The notes under the pieces are model-generated. The model was not told the origin of the DNA. It saw only the letters and a program-made list of their open reading frames with translations, and searched no databases. Source: Octopus sinensis (lineage: Eukaryota). From it: a stretch of 64,000 bases of DNA. The translations under genes were made by a program, and so were the position numbers. Location: contig NC_043004.1 of assembly GCF_006345805.1 (NCBI RefSeq), forward strand, positions 69,130,001 to 69,194,000, in the 5' to 3' direction. Positions 51,033-62,479 of this stretch are shown piece after piece; position 1 is the first letter of the stretch, and every line of letters starts with the position of its first letter.

Positions 51033-51035
<3 letters not shown>
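50345..51035 (-). mobile_element. Tc1/mariner transposase C-terminal fragment (maT/DD37D-like) split by a SINE
   Basis: IFEQGLRVNS, RSYIW*Q, NFFDFTNP, MDYYV*GAVETDTNRSAYNTEAELVSKIK, CARFRSSLEGVVKAGGNYSE*; subfamily call is inference. Confidence 0.8.
50646..50877 (-). mobile_element. Young full-length Nin/Deu-like SINE monomer with 18-bp TSD
   Basis: ctgctaccatatatatat at 50628-50645 and 50878-50895; near-identical to 61397-61627 and 47785. Confidence 0.93.
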
Positions 51036-51069
<34 letters not shown>

Positions 51070-51074
<5 letters not shown>

Positions 51075-51456
51075 TTACTCTTTTACTTGTTTCAGTCATT
51101 TGACTGCGGCCATGCTGGAGCACCGCCTTTAGTCGAGCAAATCGACCCCAGGACTTTTACCGAACCGCTAAGTGACAGGGACGTAAACACACCAGCATCG
51201 GTTGTCAAGCGATGTTGGGAGGACAAACACAGACACACAAACACGCGCGCACCACACCACACACACACACACATATGTATATACATATATACGACGGGCT
51301 TCTCTCAGTTTCCAACTACCAAATCCATTCCCAAGGCTTTGGTCGACCCGAGGCTATAGTAGAAGACACTTGCCCAATGTGTCACGCAGTGGGACTGAAC
51401 CCGGAACCATGTGGTTGGTAAGCAAGCTACTTACCACACAGCCACTCCTGCGCCTA
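51070..51456 (-). mobile_element. SINE family 3
   Basis: Reverse complement of 49870-50304 with an internal deletion. Confidence 0.9.
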
Positions 51457-51516
51457 TATGTTATGTCTCTTTTTGTTGACCAAAGTTCCGTAGTCTCCGA
51501 TGCAACTTTCTTACAG

Positions 51517-51601
51517 GCTTTACAATGTTCATAGAGCAATGAGCAGCAGCCACGAAGTCGGTGTTTCGGTACCCGGCGAGAATAATCATTATCACACACA
51601 G
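51517..51601 (+). CDS. Candidate 85-nt internal exon (phase 2 to 0)
   Basis: Acceptor caactttcttacag|G, donor CAG|GTAACT; single open frame LYNVHRAMSSSHEVGVSVPGENNHYHTQ. Confidence 0.3.
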
Positions 51602-51832
51602 GTAACTCTTTCCCAATATTCAGACGACTCTAAACCTACATTTCAGTTATCGTTTTCTCAACTACATCGTTATGCTCTCCAACGTCGTCGACTATGCAGC
51701 AATACATCAATTGTTCTTGAAAATAGGGGGAACTAAACATTTTCAACTTTATCCCGAAACCTTGGGCCGACCGAAGCCTTGTGAGTGGATTTGGTAGACG
51801 GACACTAAAAGAAGTCCGTCGGATACATACAT

Positions 51833-51869
<37 letters not shown>

Positions 51870-51872
<3 letters not shown>

Positions 51873-52176
51873 AGGCGCAATGGCCTAGTGGTTAGGGCAG
51901 CGGACTCGCGGTCGCAGGATCGCGGTTTCGATTTCCAGATCGGGCGTTGTGAGTGTTTATTGAGCGAAAACACCTGAAAGCTCCACGACGCTCCGGCAGG
52001 GGGTGGTGATCCCTGCTGTACTCTTTCACCACTCTTTCTGCCACTCTTTCTTCTGTTGGCCTGCTCGCTTAGCCAGCGGGGTGGCGTCATTAGAAGGCTA
52101 AAACAATGCGAACGCATTGTGACCAGCGATGTGTAACAACATCTGATGGTCTGGTCGTCCCGTGATCCGCGTGATA
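51870..52176 (+). mobile_element. SINE family 2, tail a
   Basis: Similar to 8874-9179; preceded by (GT)n and followed by (TA)n as at 8874. Confidence 0.9.
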
Positions 52177-55100
52177 TATTATATGTATATATGTATTATG
52201 TATATATATGTATGTATATATAATATGTATGTATATGTATATATGTATATATTTGTATAAATGTATATATATATAATGTATATATATTAATATATATATT
52301 ATATATATAATATATATATATATATATTATATATATATAGATTATATATATATATATAGATAGATAAAATTCACAACACATATATAACAAACTTGTTCAA
52401 TGGACTTCACGTTGAGATCGAACTCAGTACCAAGTGATTTGTAAAACAGACACTTGAACTACACCGTTATTTCTGTGTTTATTTATTAAGAAAGTCCAAA
52501 GCCTATCTCCAAATAAACCTTCTGTTACAACAACTAACAGAAAAGTTCAGATCTACTTGAGAGACAACCTGAAATGAAAGTTTAACGTTTCTGTGTGTTC
52601 GTTATTCATCATTTAGAGTGTCGATTGTTTACTTTATCCTGTATATTGATTCCTATATTAAGGAGACTTCCACAATATTATTGTAGCAATAAGGGAGAAG
52701 GGTACAGCTAATTTAAATCAAATGTCTTTTAGAACTCTCCTGCAACATATTTCACGGCTGTATGGTTAACAACCTTTTTTTATTACCACTTGGTTTCAGG
52801 TTCAGTCTTACAACATGGCACCTTGTGAATGAATTTGGTGGACGGAAACTATGAGGAATCCTGTGGTGTGTATATAAAATATGCATTCATATATATGTGT
52901 ATGTGTTTGTGTTTGTTGATGTTTGAGTTTGTTACGTCCTCCGTATTCCAGTGGTTCAATAAAATTTACCGATAAAATAAACATCAGGCTGAAAAATAAG
53001 TACTAGAGTCGATTTCTTCGACTAAACCTTTTAAAGAGATGCTCCAGCATGGTCGCAGTCTGACTGAAACATGCAAAAGATAAAGCTTACCGTGGCATGA
53101 TTTAATTCCTCAATATAAGAGAATATAATTAAATACCATAATCTCTCATTCGATGTACAAGAGATTCTGCCATCCATAGACCACTTAATTGAAATTTCTA
53201 ATTAAGACACAATGCCAGTAATTTTAAGAGTAATGGTGAGTTGATTACATCGACCCTACTGTTCTGCTCAGCTTGTAGTTATTTTATTGAAACCCCTCCC
53301 CCAAGGATTGAAAGCAAAGTCGAACTCGGCAGAATGGGAACTCAGAACACAAAACCAGAAGAAATGCTGTTAAACATTTTGTCCAGTGCACTAAGGATTT
53401 GGCAGCTCCCTTCCATTTTAATAATTAACCTTTCTATTATAAGCACAAGGCCTGAAATTCTAAGGGAAGGAGGTAGTCGATGACATCGGTCCTAGTTCTC
53501 AACTGGGTCTTATTTGATTGACACCAAAACAAAAGGATGAAAGGCAAAGTTGACCGTAGCGGAATTTGAACTCAGAACGCAACCCCCGCTCCAAAACGAT
53601 AGAAATATCTCAATGCATTTTGTCTGCCACCCATAATAATTTGTAATGTAACCACACGCCACAGATGTAAAAAGGAGTCAGTCGACTACATTGACGCTTG
53701 ACTGTTACGCTATTTTATATACTCCATAGTGTAAAGCAGTTTCTAGTATACCGCTTTACAATTTCAGCCTTTAATCTAATAAAATTTATTTTCAAAGACG
53801 GCGAAAAACACCAACAAATTTTGGTGGTTGCCATAGATTCCATTAAAAACTACTACTTCACTAGTACTTAAAATTTATAGTCTCTGAGAGAATAAAAAGC
53901 AAACGTGACATTAGTGAGATTCGAACTCAAAACAAAAGTACCAGCTGTAACCAAATACAACAACACATTGCGTTCCGATACTCTACCGATTTTGTCACAA
54001 CCCGCTCAGAGTCTTACCTAGGTTTTATTAATATTTTCTGTTTTCCGTTTTACTTTCTATTATTTGTTCTAGAATGATCTGAAGAGGCTTGAATCTTCTA
54101 TTCCGTTTCAAGAAGATTGTTTGAAATAATTTCATTTGCGACATAGAATTTCAAGTACTACTTTGCCTGAATTCTAGTACCTATGAAACCTTGCCATAGA
54201 TTTCTACTCTCTTCCTCTAATTCACCGACATAGGACATTCTGTCCTCTGTCCAATGTAGTCAAATTTCATTAGTTGCTCAAGATCTTCATTTTTCACATA
54301 AGATAAATTCAAGAAAAAATCTATACATGCGATTACACAGAACGATGAAGAAAAGATGGAAAACAGACACGCACGCGCACACATCTATATGTGCAATTAC
54401 ATATAAACACATACGCACGCACGCATACACACACACTTATATATTTGTATATATATATGTGTAAATATGTGTAGATATATATGTAGAGATATGTGTATAC
54501 ATGTACATATTCATATATGTATGTATATATATACATTATATATATATATGTGTGTGTGTATGTGTGTGTGTGTGTGGCGTGGCGTGTTGTGAATTTATGG
54601 AAAGGAATCCTATAAATCTCAACAATTTTGTTAAAATATATAAGAGAATGTTAATTCATGCAGACGATCGTTTCGTACAGCGATATAAAAATCATGCAAA
54701 ATCATGGTTGAATAGAAAGGATTAAATGAATTAAATCAAATTAATTATATATCAATGTACTCTTCAGTGCAAGGAGTATAAACAAATTTTTTACAAAGCA
54801 CTTGAGAAAGGAAATAGCAGAATAGGATGTAGGGGGTTCATACTTATCCTTATGAGAAAAAATGATGTGATTCCAGTTAGGTATTAACTAAAACTAAAGG
54901 CTGTAACGGTTGTTTGAAAATATAAGTGACAGAGGTTTTAGAGACGTTCCCGCTATAGATGAGTAAGGAGATGAGAAATTCTAACTCCAAATAAGTCGTG
55001 TAGGGTAAAGATTGCATAGAAATCTCCAATGGAAAGGCATGGCTATATTTGAATTAAAATAAGATCTGACAGTCAGAAAAAAATACTAAGTGTGGTGTAT

Positions 55101-55399
55101 ATTCAAAAAATAATTTATGCATGAGATTGAAGTTAATCTAGAGGAGATAGTGTATAAAGGGCTACTAAATTTTTAATGTAAACAAATGTTATAGAGGTAA
55201 AAAAGGATTTAAAGAGAGAAGATGCGTAAAATGGACTTGAGTTTGCATAAGAACTAATATTCGCTTTGTATGCATTAAATATAAGGTAGAAAAATAAGTA
55301 AAAACAGAAAAAATAGTTGTTAATATTACAATTTAGATAGTAAATCCTTGCTGTGACTGTAGGAGTCTTCTGTAATTTTATTTTATTCATATGTTAAAG

Positions 55400-56480
55400 A
55401 TATTTTTTAATCCACATCATTAACCGGTTGTTATATTATTGCTGTTATTTCCGTTCAGAACAAGTTTGAACATTTTAATAAAACGCTTTTCTTTTATCTT
55501 TCTTCCAACCTTACTTGTGTCATGCAGTTTGTGGAAAGGAAAAATTAGAAGCATTTTCTGACCACATGTTTCTATATGCTCGCTGAAGAAAACTGTATCG
55601 CGACAAAGGAGTAGAGTCTTCTTTGTCTTTCGATTGATTGGTATCGACAATGAAAAATGTTTGTGGTAAGTCTCGTATAATTTCTCCCATTACCAACAAA
55701 GACTGTTACAGTTGATCTGTATCTTACCAGTTTCAAGAAACACGATTCACCAGTTTGGTAGGTTGAGCTATTTGTACTGTTCAAATTGGCTGTCATGTTA
55801 GAAGTTCTCTAGGTGTATGCTAAGAAAATCTGACTTTGGTGTTGAAGAGTTTATTGCAGGCGGGAAATTTTGCCTTACAACTCTTGACTACATTGATGGC
55901 TACATTCATGCTATAAGGTGGATTATGCCAAATTTCTTTTCTCTTTCTGGTTCTTCTATTGTGTGGCTGATGTTTCTTACATACAAGTTTTTCACTAAAG
56001 CTATTTCTTGCTAGAGTGTTGTTGTAAGAGGCGAACGCATTGTTTAAAGTGTTCATTGCTGGATGTTCTTAGAATTTGTCATTTGGATTTCCGTTGCGGA
56101 TTATTTCCTTAAGATTAAATCTAGTATGGTTATATACTGTCAATCTAACGTGGACGTGACAGTAGGGGGTTACACCACCGCTGTTTAGCACTAGGAAGCA
56201 TCGACGCCTCCTAAGCCATCAGGAGGCGTCGATGCTTCCTTGGGCTAACCAGCGATGGTGTAACCCCCTACTGTCACGTTCACGTCAGATTGACAGTATA
56301 CAACCATTCTATCGCCCCACCACCTATGAGAGATTTAGAAATTTAATATTTCTGATTAAATCTAGTGTTATATCTAAAGCCTTTGCTATTGTTAAAATAG
56401 CGTATATAGTCATATTTAAATTAATATCTTTGCATATTCTTGTTACATCCTTTCTAAATCTCTCCATGGTATAATCGTTC
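55400..56480 (-). mobile_element. Decayed Penelope-like element ORF (RT remnant, linker, start of GIY-YIG)
   Basis: RTRKRKEIWHNPPYSMNVAIN matches the PLE WFNPP(F/Y)S linker; flanking decayed RT and cysteine-rich pieces. Confidence 0.7.
56137..56296. mobile_element. 160-bp foldback MITE with TA TSD (Tc1/mariner-type)
   Basis: TA|CTGTCAATC..GATTGACAG|TA; arms pair almost end to end (ggaagcatcgacgcctcct / aggaggcgtcgatgcttcc). Confidence 0.88.
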
Positions 56481-57591
56481 ATGTTATATGAGAATACTTA
56501 ACGTCTATCTCATAGCCGTCTGGAGCAATGGGATGCGGTACACATTGTGGGGGTGTCTTGACAGAATAGTTCTGCAAGATTGGCTACCTTAGCTGTGCAA
56601 TAGAGGCCATGCAGACGTTGAGCATCGCTTCTATCTTCTCTCAGTTCACTAAGAGTCATGCAATATAAGAGCATCCTCGTAGCGTTTACTACTATGGTTC
56701 TAATATCAAAACCGATAAGAGTAGAAAATGTTTCTCGAATACCCTTTTATTGTTAATAATGGACACTCGATCGCTAGAAATATCATCGACTCATCTCTCT
56801 GCCAGCGACATATAGAAAAACAGTGCCAGCATAGGCACAGGTGTCGCTATTAGCCGATGTGCTAGTTAAAATATATATATATATTAGCAAGTGGGGCAGT
56901 ATTAATACGCGTTTTGCCCGGCGTGCTAACGGTTCTGTCGCTCGCCGCCTTACAAAAGCTACAGAATAAAGTGTCTGGCGAGTACAGAGCGTAAAGTGAA
57001 ATGAAATAAATGACCAGGGGAGATAATTAAGTAATCAACTCCATTAGCGTACAGCTGTTTCTTCTATAAGATGCAGCGCACTCATAGTTAAGTGCTTGTG
57101 CATCACTTTATCCCTTTCTTGGAGCTTAAAAATGATAATAATGATAAATAAAACAAATATGAGTGCATATCCTGACAGAAGCAGATGTGTGCTAATGAAG
57201 TTGATAAGTGATTTCTGTTCACTTGTCATTTAGTTAAGTTCACATACACACACAAAATTATATATCTAAAAAGAAGGAAGTGAGGCGTCTAAACGAGGGA
57301 ACAGAAACCAAGGGCCAGCAAACGAACCCTACAGATCCAGTGTTAGCCTGACTACCAAAGAGCAAGTGCCAACATTAAAGTTAAAAAAAAAAATGACTTT
57401 GCTTTTTGATTTGGTGAATAATGAGTAATGCATAAATCTTGACGTATTTATTGAAACCGCTTAAAAACCACCAGGGAAATAAAGTAAAAATAAAATTTAA
57501 TGTATTGAAAAGCTTACCAGGAACAGATATTTTTTTTATAAAATTAATAGTTTATCTTATTCTTTCCTTTTTATTATTTCACCATAATACT

Positions 57592-57627
<36 letters not shown>

Positions 57628-58464
57628 ATATTTTTTTATTAATGGTTGTCTTATTTGATTCTGCTTCTTAATGGCCGTTTCATTTGTGTCGAATTTGATT
57701 CTCTCTTCCAATAGTTGCCTTCTGCGATTCTGTCTTCTAATGGTCGTTATTTTCATTTGATGTCTTTATCTCCTTGTTATCGTTACCAAGGATATTTAAC
57801 ACACGTGCCGAGCGAGTCTTCAATAATTTTTACAGGAGCCATATTTATTGGAAATGCATGTTGGGACAAAAGGTTTTACCGATAATTCCTTTTTGGTTTG
57901 TTTTGTGTGTTTGTTTTCAATAAAATCCTTCTTAACAAACAACACGCCAGGCTAAATATATTAGTTTTCACTTGTACGCCATGTTGTTTGATAGCCGTTG
58001 CATAAATTTAATCATGTTCTCCGTTTTCTTTTCCAATACTCAGCTAATGTTCATGAAGTCTTGGTGGTTTATCTTAAGAACGAAGAAATATTATAGTCAC
58101 TCGTGCAAAGATACAAAAGTAAGGTTTATCCTGGCTTCGGTGTCTGGGGAAAAAGCAAAAATAAATTTACGAACATTCTATCGAATAAAAACGAAAAAAA
58201 AAATATTGATTGATGGCTTACAAATTTTCGTTTGTTAATACGCATTATATTGAGGACAATAGATGGCAGAGTCGATCGATTGGGGGCTACGATTACTGAA
58301 TGATATTTTGTGTCATTCTTTTGAGATTCTGAGTTCAAATCCTAGTGAGGATAACTGCTTGTCAATTTTATCAACTCCACCTTTCTCTCTATATTTGTGC
58401 AATAAATGAATATTGAGCATTTTGAAGGTGGTAGAGAAAAAGTCAGTAGAGTGACTGTCAAAAT

Positions 58465-58554
58465 ATGGCTGCACTCTACAGTGGCGTTCCTTTAAGTTTC
58501 CGAGTTCGTGTCTCGCAGAAGTCAACTTTGCTTAAGAATATATTTGACGGGCAG
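58465..58554 (+). CDS. Weak candidate first exon (30 codons)
   Basis: aatATGG context, MAALYSGVPLSFRVRVSQKSTLLKNIFDGQ ending at CAG|GTACTG. Confidence 0.2.
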
Positions 58555-58958
58555 GTACTGCAGTCAGAGTGCGAGTGTGTGTGTAGGGGTGTATATTTTG
58601 ATTTATGGACTAACACAAAGTGCACTAGTACAGGCAACGTACTAATATACAGCTTAGGCAGTTTATGTTTATAAACGAATCACCTCAACAAATCGTTCGG
58701 TAAGAAATTGCAGAACTATCGTCAACGAAGGGCAAGTCCTCAACATTCGACATTTTATTGATATTGACAAGGCTGCGAGCTGGCAGATTCGTTAACATGT
58801 CAAGCAAAATGCGTAGCGGTATTTCATCCATCGAGGTCATCTTTGCCTTTTATCCTTTCGGGTTCGGTAAAATAAGTACCAGTCGAATACTGGGGTCGAT
58901 GTAATCGACTAGCACCTCTCACCCACAATTTCAGATCTTGTACCTATAGTAGAAAGGA

Positions 58959-59018
<60 letters not shown>

Positions 59019-59039
59019 CATTATTATTACTTTTTTTTT

Positions 59040-59770
59040 CTTCTTTCAAATTTGCTTCCATTTCTTGCCGAGTGTCTTCCCGACTCCTAGGGCAAAGAAA
59101 CTCATAGTATACATTGGTAGGCCATTAAACCAAACTCAGTAGTTCGTTCATTTTTTTTTTTTTTTTTTTAAGTTAAATTAAAATACATGAGCAGCAACAG
59201 TTCTCACATCGACAATGCTCTTCTCAATACGTGTGATGTACCAGTTAAGACAATCTTTTGCACTTCCTGCAGGGATGGTAAGCTAGGGATCATTCTCATA
59301 TAATTTTCGGTTCCCTTCTTGATCATTCCTAGTGCTCCTACGATCACTGGTATTGTAACCGCCTTGAGATGCCACATTTTCTCAATTTCAATGAGTAGGT
59401 CTTTATATTTTCTGAGCTTGTCAAACTCTTTCGCTGAGATATTATGATCACAGGGGATGCTCATGTCGATCAATAAGCAAACTTTATTGTTTTGGTCTTT
59501 CACAACAATATCTGGTTTATTGGCCTTGATGGTTCGGTCTGTATGTACTGGAAAGTCCCACAGAATGGTTACATTTTCTCCTTCAGTTACAGCCTCAGGG
59601 TGGTGATTATACCACTTGTCGGCAGTTTTGATATTGTAATGCCGACTTATTAGCCAGTGTAGATATTGGCCAACTCTGTCATGTCTTAATTTATACTCCA
59701 CTGGTGCTAAGACTTTACATCCAGAGATTAGATGGTCCACTGTTTCAATCATGTCGTTGCAGAATCGGCA
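59040..59770 (-). mobile_element. Dong/R4-like LINE 3' fragment with intact CCHC knuckle and REL endonuclease, inserted in (TAA)n
   Basis: CRFC..ETVDHLISGC, RHDRV, ILWDF, KPDIVV..LLIDMSIP..K..KY, GALG; (ATT)n on both sides. Confidence 0.92.
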
Positions 59771-59786
59771 TTATTATTATTATTAC

Positions 59787-59868
<82 letters not shown>

Positions 59869-59871
<3 letters not shown>

Positions 59872-59987
59872 TAGTTTTATTTTTATAGCGTGCTTTCACT
59901 TCACTACCGAGCGCAGCTCTGTGTGCCTTGGGTATGTGCTGTGATTTGTTGTGATGCTCTGATGGTTATTGTATTGAAAGTGTTCTA

Positions 59988-60069
<82 letters not shown>

Positions 60070-60092
60070 TATTATTATTATTATTATTATTA

Positions 60093-60125
<33 letters not shown>

Positions 60126-60301
60126 CATTATTATCATTATTATTATTCAGTAGTTTTATTTTTATATCGTGCTTTCACTTCACTACCGTGCGCAGCTGTG
60201 TGCCTTGGATATGTGCTGTGGTTTGGTTTGATGCTCTGATGGTTACCATATTGAAAGTGTTTTGCGTATGATGTGTGCAGTGCCAAGTAGTGCAATTTTC
60301 T

Positions 60302-60342
<41 letters not shown>

Positions 60343-60487
60343 TATTATTATTATTATATATTATTATTATTCATAGTTTTATTTTTATAGCGTGCTTTCA
60401 CTTCACTACCGAGCGCAGCTCTGTGTGCCTTGGGTATGTGCTGTGATTTGTTGTGATGCTCTGATGGTTATTGTATGGAAAGTGTTC

Positions 60488-60541
<54 letters not shown>

Positions 60542-60717
60542 CATTATTATCATTATTATTATTCAGTAGTTTTATTTTTATATCGTGCTTTCACTTCACT
60601 ACCGTGCGCAGCTGTGTGCCTTGGATATGTGCTGTGGTTTGGTTTGATGCTCTGATGGTTACCATATTGAAAGTGTTTTGCGTATGATGTGTGCAGTGCC
60701 AAGTAGTGCAATTTTCT

Positions 60718-60719
<2 letters not shown>
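59869..60719 (-). mobile_element. Four 118-156-bp 3' stubs of a second Dong-like family in (ATT)n, arranged A-B-A-B
   Basis: Stubs at ~59869-59986, 60148-60303, 60372-60488, 60564-60719; B encodes QKIALLGTAHIIRKTLSI; common 3' end gaaagcacg.tataaaaataaaactactg. Confidence 0.85.
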
Positions 60720-60767
<48 letters not shown>

Positions 60768-60769
60768 TT

Positions 60770-61200
60770 GTTTGAGGCAAATTTCTACTGCACCACCTGT
60801 TACACCTCCGTGTTGATGGTGTGTGTTCTTTTCTGTTGTTTGGGAGAGCGCACATTCTTCTCGGTATTGTACTGTGTTAGTTTTTTTCCCCTCTTGGGGT
60901 GTGGTGCAGTCTTTTGTTGTATTACTGCTTGTATTGTATTTTGAGTGTGTAATGCGTTGGTTATGTAGCTTGCTGGTGGAAGTATATTTCACCGGGTAAT
61001 TGCTGTACAGAGTGTGTCTTGTGTTTGTGGGTTATTTTGTTAAGGTTGTATTATCGAATTGATAACGTCTTGCGTAGGATGTGGGCTGTTCCCAGCAGGG
61101 CTATTTTTTTTTGGATAGCGTGTAGTGTCGGGGATCCAAGTATAGCTTCTACGTTTTTGTCTATGTGTTATTTATCATGCCCAATGATCCAATTATTATT
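60770..61200 (-). mobile_element. 3' end of a third Dong-like LINE family
   Basis: IIIGSLGMI..ILGSPTLHAIQK.ALLGTAHILRKTLSIR*, ~290-nt 3' UTR abutting (TAA)n. Confidence 0.8.
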
Positions 61201-61929
61201 ACCCTGTGCGCGTAAGCAAAAGCAGGGTATAGTAATCACTCGTCTTAGTCTGTCTGCCTGTGTGTTTGAAAAATTACTAATAAAACGGCTGAACGGATTT
61301 TCACCAAATTTTGTCAGAAATACTCTTTGGATGAGTGGCTCGCAACGATGAAAATTTGGTTTGATTATCTTCAAAATACATAAATACATATATATATTTC
61401 TTTACTACCCACAAGGGGCTAAACACAGAGGGGACAAACAAGGACAGACATAGGTATTAAGTCGATTACATCGACCCCAGTGCGTAACTGGTACTTAATT
61501 TATCGACCCCGAAAGGATGAAAGGCAAAGTCGACCTCGGCAGAATTTAAACTCAGAACGTAGCGGCAGACGAAATACCGCTAAGCATTTCGCCCGGCGCG
61601 CTAACGTTTCTGCCAGCTCGCCGCCTTATAAATGCATATATAGACATGCAGCTGTGTGTGAGCACGCGCGCGCGCTTGTGTGCTTGTGGGTGTGTGTGTG
61701 TGTGTAGTGATGCATTCGAGGGTTTCGTTAATTTACGAGTTGATTTCTTAATTTCACTGGAGTATACATACATATAATATTAAAAACACTTCTCAAATTC
61801 TATGTAATATTTTCTTTAAGTATTTCATTTCTTCACCATCTTTTTCATACGAATCGACCCTCGTCTGCGCATATATACATCATGGTGTACCTTTGCACGT
61901 AGATACGTGTGGGTACATACATAAATACA

Positions 61930-61963
<34 letters not shown>

Positions 61964-61973
61964 AATACATACA

Positions 61974-62007
<34 letters not shown>

Positions 62008-62460
62008 AATACATACATACATACATACATACATACATTCATACATACATACATAAATACAGACATGCACACATATGCGACTCTGTGTGTGTATGTGTGT
62101 GTGTGTGTGTGTGTGCATGCGTGCGCGCGCGCGTATCTGTACAGTGATGGATTCGAGGGTTTCACTTATTTTCTAGTTGATTTCTTAATTTCACCAGAGT
62201 ATAAATACTATAATGGTGATCCTTAAAAAAATTAATTCAGTTCAAAAGTATGCGCAAGCAATGCATTGTCCGCCACACTGTAATATGTTAAAAAATTTAT
62301 CTGCGCGCAGGGTATGTATGGCCCCTTCGATGCCCTTTTTTTTCATTGGTATTGTTTTTACGTTCATGCCCACATCTTGAATACTTGAATTTCGAGGTTT
62401 TTGTACTTTGACAATTTCTCCACTTCTTTTGGACAATATTTTGATCAGAAGGTACTGCAA
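61200..62460. mobile_element. Helentron/DINE-like non-autonomous repeat pieces with nested SINE (61397-61627, minus) and microsatellites
   Basis: ttattaccctgtgcgcgtaagcaaaagcagggtat hairpin, ggctgaacggattttcaccaaattttg; SINE with imperfect TSD ataaat(a/g)catatata. Confidence 0.45.
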
Positions 62461-62479
62461 TGTCTATCAGTAAGCAGGT

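Noticed and set aside
53990-55380. Possible decayed LINE fragments (also 23820-25110)
   Set aside because: Only faint resemblance after multiple frameshifts; family cannot be supported without a search.
57044-57229. 61-aa ORF with one transmembrane-like stretch
   Set aside because: The hydrophobic run comes from an ATT-rich tract; no splice or homology support.
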